DNA of 64,000 nt from Flavihumibacter sp. CACIAM 22H1 (GCF_001601815.1 NZ_LUKG01000007.1:46590-110589); one strand, 5' to 3'; positions 17,236 through 27,367 are shown, numbered from the stretch's first letter. The notes: generated from the sequence alone by a model not told the origin. Made by a program: numbers and translations.

Positions 17236-18933
17236 TTACCATCCTGTGTTTTGAGGAGCCAGGTTAGGATTTGCCTGGAGTTGATTTAACGGAACAGGGA
17301 ATAAAAACCTGCGCGGGGTAAACAAACGCCCGGTATTTCCATTCAGGCTGATATTGGTAAAGCTGAAGCCTTTGCCATCCGCTTCTATATCCACACCGCG
17401 AACATTTTGATTTAATTCCGGGATAACCGTAACTCCTTCAAATTTCGCCCATCTCAACAAAGACCAATAACGATCATTCTCAAATGCCAGTTCCACTCTT
17501 CTTTCAGACTTGTAGGCCGTCCAGGCATCTGCCAAACTTAAGGTACCTAATGCAGGCAGGTTTCCATGAACGGTACGGGTTTTGTTAATGGCAGCCACCG
17601 CATCGTTTACCCTGGGTGCACTAAGTTGCAGTAAGGCTTCGGCATAGTTAAGATATACTTCACCTAAGCGGATTATTGGCCGATGGTGATTGGTTGGATC
17701 GCTGTACCAAACAAATTTTTCTTCATACACATTTTTTTTCATGTAGTAATTTGATTCTGACACACCCCAATCACTCAGCTTATTGCTGAGCCTGTACATA
17801 TTGCCCCCTTTCCTGGTCAGGATCCGGTTCTTCAATAAGGTTGATGAATCGTAGGCAACAGTTGCATAGAAACGCTTATCCCTGTTTTTATACAACACGT
17901 CTGATGCATAACCTCCATTGGCAGTATAATTCGTGTAATAAGAGGTTTGATTCCATCTTTTTGCAAGGCCATCCTGGTCCAGTACCTCGTATTCATCCAC
18001 CAAATTCTGCGAAGGAAACCGATCGGGCCAGCCCTGCATATCCTGTACAAATGCGGGGCCATATCCGGCATCCAGTGTTTCGTTCCTGTTATTGGGGCTT
18101 AAACTTTGAAGCAGGCATCCGGAAAAGGTATTATTGGCGGCCAGCAGGTAGTATCCGAAAATAATTTCCTTTGACGATTGTCCTTTGGAGAAATCATTAA
18201 ACATACCCATATAATCAGCATCCATCGCATGAGCCGTTCCAAAAACCGCTTCGGATGCAGTTACTACCATTTGCAGGTAATCCTGCTTTTTAGCTGGTAC
18301 ATAAGCCGCTGCCTGCAAACCAATCCTGGAGATAAATGCCTGCGCCGCTGTGCTCGAAGCTCTTCCACTTACTGCCGTAGCCGGAAGATCAGCCGCCGCC
18401 TGGGTAAGATCCTCCAGGATAAAATCATATACTTCCTGGATGGTGCTGCGGGTAAATTTAAAATCGGGTGTATTCTGGTCCAGCACCTCTTTTACAATCA
18501 TTACGCCACCGAAACGCTGCGCCATGTAGTAGTAGGTGATGGCTCGCAGAAATTTTGCTTCTGCAATGAATAGTTTTTTCTGCTGCTCTGTAAGGGGAGA
18601 TGATTCTCCCATTTTTTTCAGAATAAGATTACATTTCCTGATTCTGCCATATTGATCCCAACCCGCGTCATAAGTGTTATCAATATTTTCAAGAGACACA
18701 TTATTGGTGTAGTTATTACAGGTATTATCTGTCCAATCATCAATATTTCCGAAATAGTATAAATTCCGGACAATGTCATTATACGTTGTATAGATAAAAC
18801 CTTCGGCCAGTTTTGCATCGCCCCAAACAGATAATTCATTAAACCCATCCAAGGGGCGTTTCTCCAGCACTTCCCTGGTACAGGAACAAAGTGCCGTTAT
18901 TAAAAGCGTATAGAAAAAAATTATTTTTTTCAT
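17236..18933 (-). CDS. susD: SusD/RagB family nutrient-binding outer-membrane lipoprotein
   Basis: 565 aa with lipobox LITALCSC. TPR-like SusD motifs are present (AEAKFLRAITYYYMAQRFGG, IRLGEVYLNYAEA, ERRVELAFENDRYWSLLRW). It lies immediately downstream of SusC. Confidence 0.9.
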   Translation of the reverse strand: MKKIIFFYTLLITALCSCTREVLEKRPLDGFNELSVWGDAKLAEGFIYTTYNDIVRNLYYFGNIDDWTDNTCNNYTNNVSLENIDNTYDAGWDQYGRIRKCNLILKKMGESSPLTEQQKKLFIAEAKFLRAITYYYMAQRFGGVMIVKEVLDQNTPDFKFTRSTIQEVYDFILEDLTQAAADLPATAVSGRASSTAAQAFISRIGLQAAAYVPAKKQDYLQMVVTASEAVFGTAHAMDADYMGMFNDFSKGQSSKEIIFGYYLLAANNTFSGCLLQSLSPNNRNETLDAGYGPAFVQDMQGWPDRFPSQNLVDEYEVLDQDGLAKRWNQTSYYTNYTANGGYASDVLYKNRDKRFYATVAYDSSTLLKNRILTRKGGNMYRLSNKLSDWGVSESNYYMKKNVYEEKFVWYSDPTNHHRPIIRLGEVYLNYAEALLQLSAPRVNDAVAAINKTRTVHGNLPALGTLSLADAWTAYKSERRVELAFENDRYWSLLRWAKFEGVTVIPELNQNVRGVDIEADGKGFSFTNISLNGNTGRLFTPRRFLFPVPLNQLQANPNLAPQNTGW

Positions 18934-18944
18934 AATAAAAAAAT

Positions 18945-21900
18945 TTAAAAACCAACATTGATACCAAGGGAAAATACTTTTTGAACCGGGTAGCCATAAT
19001 TGGATGCGCTACTTGTTTCGGGATCAAAATATTTTTTAGCCGGTGAAAATGTCAGCAAATTCGTTGCATTCAGACTAACTGTACAACTGGAAAGAAAATT
19101 AAGCTGAGTAGGGAATTGCTTTTTCGCGTCAAAGGCCAAGCGCAAACTCCTGAGGCGCAGGTATCTTGCATTTACCAGCCAAAAATCGGAAGTAGTGTAA
19201 TTATTATTACTGTTTAGGCCTGACTGCAGGGTTGCTCTTGGGAAATCAGCATTTGGATTTTCCGGCGTCCAGAAATTCCGCTGGTAATCAAATACAATAA
19301 AGGTTGCATCTCTCGATTGTAGTGTACCATCCCTGTAAAAACTTCTATTTCCCGTTCCCTGCCATAACATATCGAGCGAAAGTGATTTGAACCCGAATGT
19401 TAGGTTAACCCCATAACTGGTATGCGGGAAGGCTGAGTTTCCAATACGGACCTGATCATTTCCATCGAGTTTGCCATCTCCGTTAATATCCTGGTAATAC
19501 AGGTCTCCGGCAGCTAACTGGTTGGCAGAAGTACGTCTGGGGTTGGCAATAATATCTTCCACAGAACCGTAAAAACCATTGTTCACATATCCCCTGGTAA
19601 GGAAATCCGTTTCATGCGTAGTACGGGTAAATGGATTCTTAAGGGTTACTGAATCCTCCCGGTCATTTCTTTCCCAAAGTTCCTGGTAGGTAGTTAGGTT
19701 AGCGCCAATGGAATAAAATATATCCTTGGAAATAGTATTGGAGTACGCAAGTTGAAATTCCCAACCAGCACGACGGAAACTACTATTTGCTTTCACTGGC
19801 GGCAAAGCTGTTCCCAGCGGAGTAGTATAACCGGCAGCCGGGTTGGTGATATAACCAGCTGTGCGTTTATAGAAATAGTCTACACTTCCTGATAGTTTAT
19901 TATTCAAAGTGGTAAAATCCAGGCCGGTGTTATAATCGTTTGTTTTATACCAGCTCAAGGCCAGCGGATCAACCAGTCTTCCTTCGCTGAATCCGTTCAC
20001 CAGGCTACCACCCACCACATACACGTTCGAATTAAGTCCATAATTAGAAATATATGGGAAACGGGTTACCCGGTTTTCATTGTTGGGGTCTTTATACGTT
20101 ACATCTCCTACCACCCCTAATGAATACCGCAATTTCAAATAATCCAGGATACCTTTTTGCTTAATGCCGCTAAAGAATTTTTCACTGGATACCACCCATC
20201 CCAGGCCGAGTGAAGGAAAAAACCCCCACCTGTTGGGCGCAAAATTATCTGTACCATCATACCGGAACGAAGCCTCTAACAGGTATTTATTGGCATAGGC
20301 ATATTGCAACCTGCCTACTACACCCTGGCGTCCGCCTTCTGAACCGGTACCGCTGTTTCTGAGTCCGTCTACTCCGCCTGCAAACAGCTGATCAACGGAA
20401 GGCGATACGAAATTGGTTCTAAACGCAGACATATTATCACTGTATTCTTCTGCCTGTTCAAACAATGCCATCACGCCCAGGTCATGTTCTCCGAAACTGG
20501 TTGTATACTCCAATTTTGACTGGATCGTATAGGTCCAGTATTTATTGGCTTCCTGTTCCAACGTAATGGTTGGTAAAGGCTGGGGAACACCGATGCTGCT
20601 GAACTGGGGAGCCCTCGTGTTCCAACGCTTTGAGAAATCGTCTACAAAGCGATAGTTTCCCTGAAAGCTTGCTTTCAATCCTTTAACCCAGGGAATGGAC
20701 CAATCCAAAAACACATTGGTGTTAAGGTTATTGCTTTGATTTCTGACATAACCGGTACGGGGATCAATATCCACCAGGGGATGATCGCTACCGTCTGAAT
20801 AAGTACCATCCTGGTTATAAGGTGGACGAAGTGGCGGGGTATTCTGGAGATGACTCCAGATTGCTCCGGCATCTGCACTAGGCCCGGGATAACGTCCTTT
20901 GGTAATAAAGGCATCTAAATTAGCGCCTACTTTTATACCGGCTTTATCAAAATTATTTGTAACACTTGCCCTGGCATTGTACCTGTCAAAAGTGGTTACA
21001 TTGGTGGTATAGTTACTTCCCTGGTTAAAATACGCCAGTGATACGAAATAAGTGGTTTTATCATTTCCTCCACTCATGTCTACTCCATAGCGTTTCTGCG
21101 GAGTATATTTCCGAAGGGTAATATCATACCAATCGGTATTACCAAACTGATAAGGATCGAGCTGATTTTTAATGGTATCCAAACGACCCGGGCGGTACCG
21201 GTAGTTGGGTCCTAAACCATCCAATTCAGCTGCCCTGTTAACAGCAAGTGCATAGTTATAAGAGTTGATGCGCTTAGGCAAAACAGTAGGAGCACCCCAT
21301 TCGGAGAGGGCGGAAAAATTAACCGTGGTTTTACCTGATTTACCCTTTTTGGTAGTAACCAGGATAATACCGTTACTGCCCCTGGCACCGTATACGGCAG
21401 TGGCTGCGGCATCTTTCAGTACAGATATGCTTTCTATATCCTGCGGCTGAAGGTTAGCGAATTGAGAATAAGAGCCGATAATATTATCAATTACATACAG
21501 CGGACCATCCCTGTCAGGACCACTTCCTCCTCTTATGGCAATCCTGGCAAATCCCTGTCCAGGCTCTCCACCAGAGGTTTGTGTAATGATACCAGGCGCT
21601 CTTCCTGCAAGGGCGTCGGCCATATTGGTAAAGGGCAATCCAACCACTTTATCGGTTTTGATAGTAGAAACCGCGCTTACCAGTTTTTTCCTGGATGTGG
21701 TTCCATAACCTACCACTACCACTTCTTCCGCAATATTTTCTTTGCGTTTCATGTTAACGGAAACCACTTGTTTTCCATTAACATTAACTTCCTGCCGCTC
21801 CATATCGATGTAAGAGAAAATCAGTATCGACACGGAAGCATCTACTTCAATGGAAAAAGCACCGCTTGCATCTGTGGTAGTGGCGGCATTGCTTCCTTTT

Positions 21901-22373
21901 GCAGAAACCGTAACACCTTCTAATGGCTCACCATTTTCATTTGTTACTCTTCCTGTAATAACTCTATCTAAAGCCGTTTGACCGGATAAACTATTTATCT
22001 CCGGTTTTTTTGAAAGCACGATTATGTTAGAAGCTTCCAGGTACCTGAAATTAATTCCATGGATATCTAATACTGATTCCAGTACCGTTTTTACCGGTTG
22101 GTCCACGGCTGAAACCGATACATTTACATCCGCAGGCAATATGTCATTACTGTACGCAAAACGGTAAGCTGTTTGCCGTTCAATCAGCTTCAGCAATTTT
22201 GCCATTTTTACCCCCTTCAAATGCATCGTAATCTTTGCATCCTGGGAAAACCCGGCAGCACTGAGGGACATGGAAGCTACCAGAATGAAAGCAGCCGTTA
22301 GTTTCATAATTAGCAGTAGTTTTGGGATGGCGGGAGATGGTAGCCCCCACCAATAAGCATGATTTTTTTTCAT
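18945..22373 (-). CDS. susC: SusC/RagA TonB-dependent receptor with an N-terminal STN signalling domain
   Basis: 1142 aa. The STN-like segment is ITMHLKGVKMAKLLKLIERQTAYRFAYSNDILP. A carboxypeptidase-regulatory-like segment follows (ITGRVTNENGEPLEGVTVSAKGSN). The plug reads VVVVGYGT..IESISVLKDAAATAVYGARGSNGIILVTTKKG, and the barrel ends in ..LGINVGF. Confidence 0.9.
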   Translation of the reverse strand: MKKNHAYWWGLPSPAIPKLLLIMKLTAAFILVASMSLSAAGFSQDAKITMHLKGVKMAKLLKLIERQTAYRFAYSNDILPADVNVSVSAVDQPVKTVLESVLDIHGINFRYLEASNIIVLSKKPEINSLSGQTALDRVITGRVTNENGEPLEGVTVSAKGSNAATTTDASGAFSIEVDASVSILIFSYIDMERQEVNVNGKQVVSVNMKRKENIAEEVVVVGYGTTSRKKLVSAVSTIKTDKVVGLPFTNMADALAGRAPGIITQTSGGEPGQGFARIAIRGGSGPDRDGPLYVIDNIIGSYSQFANLQPQDIESISVLKDAAATAVYGARGSNGIILVTTKKGKSGKTTVNFSALSEWGAPTVLPKRINSYNYALAVNRAAELDGLGPNYRYRPGRLDTIKNQLDPYQFGNTDWYDITLRKYTPQKRYGVDMSGGNDKTTYFVSLAYFNQGSNYTTNVTTFDRYNARASVTNNFDKAGIKVGANLDAFITKGRYPGPSADAGAIWSHLQNTPPLRPPYNQDGTYSDGSDHPLVDIDPRTGYVRNQSNNLNTNVFLDWSIPWVKGLKASFQGNYRFVDDFSKRWNTRAPQFSSIGVPQPLPTITLEQEANKYWTYTIQSKLEYTTSFGEHDLGVMALFEQAEEYSDNMSAFRTNFVSPSVDQLFAGGVDGLRNSGTGSEGGRQGVVGRLQYAYANKYLLEASFRYDGTDNFAPNRWGFFPSLGLGWVVSSEKFFSGIKQKGILDYLKLRYSLGVVGDVTYKDPNNENRVTRFPYISNYGLNSNVYVVGGSLVNGFSEGRLVDPLALSWYKTNDYNTGLDFTTLNNKLSGSVDYFYKRTAGYITNPAAGYTTPLGTALPPVKANSSFRRAGWEFQLAYSNTISKDIFYSIGANLTTYQELWERNDREDSVTLKNPFTRTTHETDFLTRGYVNNGFYGSVEDIIANPRRTSANQLAAGDLYYQDINGDGKLDGNDQVRIGNSAFPHTSYGVNLTFGFKSLSLDMLWQGTGNRSFYRDGTLQSRDATFIVFDYQRNFWTPENPNADFPRATLQSGLNSNNNYTTSDFWLVNARYLRLRSLRLAFDAKKQFPTQLNFLSSCTVSLNATNLLTFSPAKKYFDPETSSASNYGYPVQKVFSLGINVGF

Positions 22374-22464
22374 ACCTTTATCTTGGTTTGGTTAATAAAT
22401 AAAACAGCCGACCCGCTGTTTAAAAAACTCAGCCAGCAGGGAATGTTAGCGCATTACCCTGCTT

Positions 22465-23543
22465 TTATTTTTGAATGGTGACCTTTTTTCCGTTTTCTTC
22501 TATCTGGTAATTAAATGATCGGGTTTCCTGTAGTATTTCAAGAATATCCTGCAATCCCAATCGTTGAAAACTTCCGGTAAACCGATAATTCCTGGGCAGT
22601 TCATCCTCAAATGATATTGTTACACCAAACCATCTTTCCAGGGAAACAACAATTTCTTCAAAAGACTCATCGGTAAATATCAGTTTATCGTCCATCCAGG
22701 CTATTTCCTTTACATCACCATCCTGGTTCTGTTTAATTGGCTGTATACTTACCATAGCCGATGTATCTGCCGGTTTAACTGCAGCAATGTTTTTTTGTAA
22801 TAAAGCATCACTGGTACGGGAAACTTTAATTTTCTGATTCGGCAGCAACTGAAAAGTATCTGCTTTATTTTTTAATGCTACCAGAACTTTTCCTGAAATA
22901 AGCGTGGTTTCTTCATCAATACCGGAATTGGGATAGGCTTTTACATTAAAGGAGGTACCAACGGCTTTAACCGCCATTAACTCGGTCTTTACGATGAAAG
23001 GCAAGTCCGTATTATGCTGCACTTCGAAAAAAGCCTCCCCTGCTAATTCCAGCCTGCGATGTTCCTTTCCATAACCCGGTGGAATAACCAGCTGACTTCC
23101 GCCGTTCAGGCGTACAACAGAACCGTCCTGTAACTGAATATGTTTTCTTTCCCCGGGGTTAGCAGCAAAGTGCTGGCTTTCTGCGGTTGCTGCAGCGCCA
23201 CTAATTGTATGTACCCATAGCCAACCAACAGCCAGGAGCAATAGCAGGCAGGCAGCGATTGCCAGTATCCGGTTTTTGCGAACTACTCCTTTATTTTTCA
23301 GGCGAATAACCGGCGCTTCGCCGTTACTTGTATTTTTTCAGATAAGATTCTTTTCTGCTCTTCCAGATCAAGATCTGCCAATCCCACGTATAGTTCTTTA
23401 TAGAGCAATTTTGCCCTTTCCAGCAAGGCCTTGTCTTTTGGATTGGCCAGGAGGTATTCTTGCCAATAAGCCATCGCTGCAGGATCTGACTCCAAACAAT
23501 ACTTGTGAAACTGCTCATGCAGCAGCATTTCTTCAATGGTCAA
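22465..23543 (-). CDS. FecR-family anti-sigma factor; frame broken by a 1-nt indel as sequenced
   Basis: The N-terminal piece is 23298-23543 (MTIEEMLLHEQFHKYCLESDPAAMAYWQEYLLANP..). The C-terminal piece has its frame open from 23337 to 22465. It carries the TM segment ILAIAACLLLLLAVGWLW, a FecR domain and a DUF4974-like end. The two pieces are in different frames. Both frames are open only across 23301-23337, next to a T6 run at 23333-23338. Architecture matches the intact FecR at 52535-53575. Confidence 0.8.
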
Positions 23544-23675
23544 ATTGAACTATTTATATGGTTACTAAACGTCTAAATTCTTCTAAGGCCACCCGATAAC
23601 TTGACAGGTGCTTATTCATTAGAGCATTTGGTAACAATTATTTACCCTAAGTAGAGAAAATAAAAATAGTTTCGG

Positions 23676-24275
23676 TTAAAATAGAGCAAGGAAGAAGGTG
23701 AATTGGTCGAGGCTTCCGAATTTGGCGGGATTTGAAAAAATCTCCTGCTTCATGGCTTTCACCGCTTCATGAATTTTATTGTAGACGGTTCTATGCGCCA
23801 AGCCGGTTCTTTCAACGATTTCATCAATACTGAGGCCTTCATAAAATCGCATAAAAACCAGTTCCTTCTGCCTGTTTGGAAGGGTGCTTATAAGGGCTTT
23901 TATCAGTTCACTGCTATGGTTGCGGGTATGTTCCTGGATCAATAATTCTTCCGGACCGGGCTGGTCTATAAGATAACTGGATGACCATGCCACTTCCAGT
24001 GTATTTCTCCGCTCGAAAGAGAGCCAGTCTGCATTTAATTTTCGCAGAAACGACTGTGTTACATAGGCTTTTCCGTTTTGGGGAACCGTTAACCCAACTC
24101 GCTTCTCCCATAAATACAGAAACAGTTGTTGTATAATATCTTTTATTACGCCTGCATCGTGCGTACGCTTAATGCCCAAAAAATATAAAGACGGATAATA
24201 TTTTTCATACAACTTTAAAAAATCATCTCTGTCGCCCGCTAAAAAACCTTCCCAAAGTTGTTGTTCAGACTTCAT
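23676..24275 (-). CDS. ECF-type RNA polymerase sigma factor (PUL1 regulator)
   Basis: I chose the start at M36 of the 234-aa ORF (MKSEQQLWEGFLAGDRDDFLKLYEKYY), which gives a typical ~199-aa ECF sigma. The region 4 HTH is FYEGLSIDEIVERTGLAHRTVYNKIHEAVKAMK. Confidence 0.85.
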   Translation of the reverse strand: MKSEQQLWEGFLAGDRDDFLKLYEKYYPSLYFLGIKRTHDAGVIKDIIQQLFLYLWEKRVGLTVPQNGKAYVTQSFLRKLNADWLSFERRNTLEVAWSSSYLIDQPGPEELLIQEHTRNHSSELIKALISTLPNRQKELVFMRFYEGLSIDEIVERTGLAHRTVYNKIHEAVKAMKQEIFSNPAKFGSLDQFTFFLALF

Positions 24276-24417
24276 TACAGTTAATTTCAATAGCCGGATG
24301 AATGTACAATTTTCTTTTTTACATAAAGATAATTTCCAGCAATAACGCGCTAATCGTCTGGTAGTCAGCATGTGGTTCATGTGGTATTTTAGTGCTTTCC
24401 CAAATCAGTTAGAAGAA

Positions 24418-26079
24418 ATGAATAAAGCGCTTTACACGGCAATCGCATCTATAGGTCTTTGTTTATCAGGAATAGCTACCGTTTCTGCCCAGGTTACTGA
24501 ACGGCCGCGGCCGGCAAGCTGGAAACAGCTTGTAAAAGGTGCCGCGTTTAAAGACCGGTTTTTGCCGATGCCGAAAGGTGTTTTAAGCAGCCAGGTATGG
24601 GGCGGTTCGAATGTATTGCCCCGCTATATCGACAACGGAATTGAAGATGCTGAACGCTCCTATTGGGGTGGTAATATTCTCGAGGGCACAGATGGTTCCT
24701 ACCACCTGTTTGTTTGCGGCTGGCCGGAAAGCTCGCCAAAAGGGCATGCACAATGGCCGCATTCGATCGTATACCGTACCACCAGTAAAAATCGCTTTGG
24801 CCCCTACATTATTAAGGACACCATTGGCAGCGGTCATAACCCGGAAGTATTTCGTTTGCAAGACGGGCGACTGGTGCTTTACTGTATCGATAAAAATTAT
24901 GTTGCAACCAGTTTAAACGGACCCTGGAAGGAAGGAAAATTCGAATTTGATCCCAGGGATCGACCCATCATCGAAGGCCTTTCGAACCTCAGCTTTGCCC
25001 AACGCCCCGATGGCTCCTATCTGATGGTCTGCCGCGGTGGCGGGATCTGGGTCAGCCAAACAGGTCTTTCTACCTATCGGCAAATTTCGAATAAACGAGT
25101 TTACCCGGATGTGGCAGGCGAATTTGAAGATCCGGTTATCTGGAAAGACCATGTGCAGTATAATATGATCGTAAATGACTGGCTGGGTAGAATAGCTTAT
25201 TATTTACGTTCCAAAGATGGCGTTAACTGGATTACCGACCCCGGAGAAGCTTATGTACCCGGTGTAGCTTTTCACGAAGATGGCCGCTTGGAAGACTGGT
25301 TTAAATTTGAACGAATTAAAATTTTGCAGGACAGCTATGGGCGAGCCATACAGGCCAACTTTGCAGTAATTGATACCCTAAAAAAAGAGGATAAGGCCAA
25401 TGACCGGCACAGCTCTAAAAATATTTCCATACCGCTGAATCCAGGGGTATTAATCACGCTGCTGAACAAACAGTTCCCCGGATCCAACGAAACCATTCAG
25501 ATTAGGCTAACTGCTGAGCCAGGTTTTGATCCACAGCAGGATCTGGATATTGAATCGCTCCGTTTTGGTTCTTCTGAACAGGTAAACAACGGGAAAGGCG
25601 CCCGTGTGGTATCCACCCAAAAACAGGGCAAAGATCTTCTACTACGTTTCAGCGCTGAAGGCCATGGTTTGTCTGCTGAAGAATTTGCACCTAAACTACT
25701 TGGAAAATACCGATCGGGCAAGCTATTATTTGGCTATACCCGCGTTCCCTGGGTGAAGTACGACGCTGCAATTTTATCAGCGCTGCGCCCGGCTTTTAAA
25801 GCAGGTGCCGGCCAAACCAGCCTGCAGATTGTTGTAGAAAATTTAGGGATTGCACCATCAGTAGAAAGCCGGTTAACCGTTTGGGTAAAAACACCGGAGG
25901 GTAAAAAAGAAATTGCCGGCGGACGGGTTCCTCCCATTGTTGCTTATGGAAAACACATCCTTGACCTTACTACTTCTTATCAACTGGAAAAAGGTACTGC
26001 CTATGCATTTATCATCGAAATAAATGACCCCACCACTACTTCATCCGGTTTTGGATTCAGCACCATACCCTTTAACTAA
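24418..26079 (+). CDS. secreted beta-propeller glycoside-hydrolase-like protein (GH43/GH117-like superfamily, family not resolved) with a C-terminal beta-sandwich region
   Basis: The start is set at MNKALYTAIASIGLCLSGIATVSAQ (signal peptide). Propeller-like segments include SYWGGNILEGTDGSYHLFVCGW, SIVYRTTSKNRFGPYI and GHNPEVFRLQDGRLVLYCI. No catalytic residues could be assigned by eye. Confidence 0.4.
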   Translation: MNKALYTAIASIGLCLSGIATVSAQVTERPRPASWKQLVKGAAFKDRFLPMPKGVLSSQVWGGSNVLPRYIDNGIEDAERSYWGGNILEGTDGSYHLFVCGWPESSPKGHAQWPHSIVYRTTSKNRFGPYIIKDTIGSGHNPEVFRLQDGRLVLYCIDKNYVATSLNGPWKEGKFEFDPRDRPIIEGLSNLSFAQRPDGSYLMVCRGGGIWVSQTGLSTYRQISNKRVYPDVAGEFEDPVIWKDHVQYNMIVNDWLGRIAYYLRSKDGVNWITDPGEAYVPGVAFHEDGRLEDWFKFERIKILQDSYGRAIQANFAVIDTLKKEDKANDRHSSKNISIPLNPGVLITLLNKQFPGSNETIQIRLTAEPGFDPQQDLDIESLRFGSSEQVNNGKGARVVSTQKQGKDLLLRFSAEGHGLSAEEFAPKLLGKYRSGKLLFGYTRVPWVKYDAAILSALRPAFKAGAGQTSLQIVVENLGIAPSVESRLTVWVKTPEGKKEIAGGRVPPIVAYGKHILDLTTSYQLEKGTAYAFIIEINDPTTTSSGFGFSTIPFN

Positions 26080-26089
26080 GCAAAATGCA

Positions 26090-27367
26090 CTAATACTCAA
26101 CTTTATAATCCTTTTTAACAGGCAAGCCGCTCCAGGCTTTTTTGGAGGTCCAGTCAGCTGGCGGATCGGTCCAGAATTTATTGTCGGCCGGTAATCCCAG
26201 GGCCAGAAAACCTAGTGTAGCCATATAGAGGCTACCGGTTGATGTATAGGTATCTGCCAGTGCCGGTTGATGGCCATTAAAGCCAAGCACCAGCCAACCC
26301 GCTGAATCAAAATTCTGATTCCCTTCATACATGTTCTTAAACACTTTTGTTAAGGCGCTACGAACCTGCGCCGGTTTAATGGAAGCCGGCAATTTTTCCA
26401 ATACAGCAACCTGGTTCAGGCTTTGAAAAACGGCTGTCCGATAAGTAATTGACCTGCCGACCGGTGGAAAGCTTCCTTCTGGTGATATGATGCGTTCAGA
26501 AAATTCAGAATGGCGAACCATCCGCAGTAAGGCCTGATCGTATTCAGCTTTGGTGGCCATTTTTTTATCTACCAGCACTTTAAGCATATCCACCAACATG
26601 GGATGAATTACATAATCGTTGTAATAATCCAGGCTGAATGTTGCCCCGTCGCTATACCAGCCATCTCCCACATACCATTCCTTCAGTTTATTCCTGGCAA
26701 AACTAATTCTTGCAGGATCATAGTCCTCGCCTATACTCACCAAGAAAGTTTCGTTGAGGCCGGCAAACAATAGCCAGTTATTATAGGCACCGGAACGATT
26801 CCTTAACGATTTATACGCGTCGACGTATCTTCTTTTGGTGACACTGTCTAACGGGGTCCAAAACACATGTGGAGCACGTAAAAATGCATGAGCCAGGAAA
26901 GCTGCATCAACAATAGGCTGCAGTTCAGTTTTGAAATTCAGGCAATCGGGGTTGGAAGGATCAACCGCATTCGTTAAGCCCTGCACAATTTTATGTTTTA
27001 ATTGTGTGCGCAGTAGCCCCTCTTCCGAATTATCATCCGGCAAACCAAGCCAGGGCGCTAAACCTGCAAAGGTTCTTCCCACTGCTTCGAGGTAAGTAAC
27101 CTTTTTAAAATTTTCAGCATGCATTCCCGGAGGCACTTCAACCGGCATTTGCTGCGCTAAACTGCCGCATGAAAGATGGTGTACAACAGGGTAGGCTATT
27201 TTATGTAGCGCATGAACCCAGAAGCGCCGGTCAGCAGCCCCTGGCTCATCAGGTTCGTTCCTCTTATGTTGAGTTTGCCCGGCAACCGGATACGCCAGTA
27301 CCAGCAGCCAAACCGCCATACAATACCTGTTCCAGATTATTTTCCATTGCATATTATATCCATTCAT
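26090..27367 (-). CDS. DUF2264 domain protein (probable glycoside hydrolase-type accessory enzyme)
   Basis: 425 aa with a signal-like N-terminus (alternative start at 27352). Segments resemble DUF2264 as I recall it: YLEAVGRTFAGLAPWL and WYVGDGWYSDGATFSLDYYNDYVIHPML. It sits in the PUL next to GH88. Confidence 0.55.
   Translation of the reverse strand: MNGYNMQWKIIWNRYCMAVWLLVLAYPVAGQTQHKRNEPDEPGAADRRFWVHALHKIAYPVVHHLSCGSLAQQMPVEVPPGMHAENFKKVTYLEAVGRTFAGLAPWLGLPDDNSEEGLLRTQLKHKIVQGLTNAVDPSNPDCLNFKTELQPIVDAAFLAHAFLRAPHVFWTPLDSVTKRRYVDAYKSLRNRSGAYNNWLLFAGLNETFLVSIGEDYDPARISFARNKLKEWYVGDGWYSDGATFSLDYYNDYVIHPMLVDMLKVLVDKKMATKAEYDQALLRMVRHSEFSERIISPEGSFPPVGRSITYRTAVFQSLNQVAVLEKLPASIKPAQVRSALTKVFKNMYEGNQNFDSAGWLVLGFNGHQPALADTYTSTGSLYMATLGFLALGLPADNKFWTDPPADWTSKKAWSGLPVKKDYKVEY

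Noticed and set aside
24276-24417. Longer N-terminal extensions offered by the ORF track. These are 24370 for the beta-propeller protein, 24380 for the sigma factor, 36257 for SusC, 59669 for GH43 and 63355 for CobC
   Set aside because: The internal Met starts give canonical signal peptides or family-typical N-termini. The extensions add cysteine- or arginine-rich sequence with no homology pattern and would overlap neighbouring genes or promoters.
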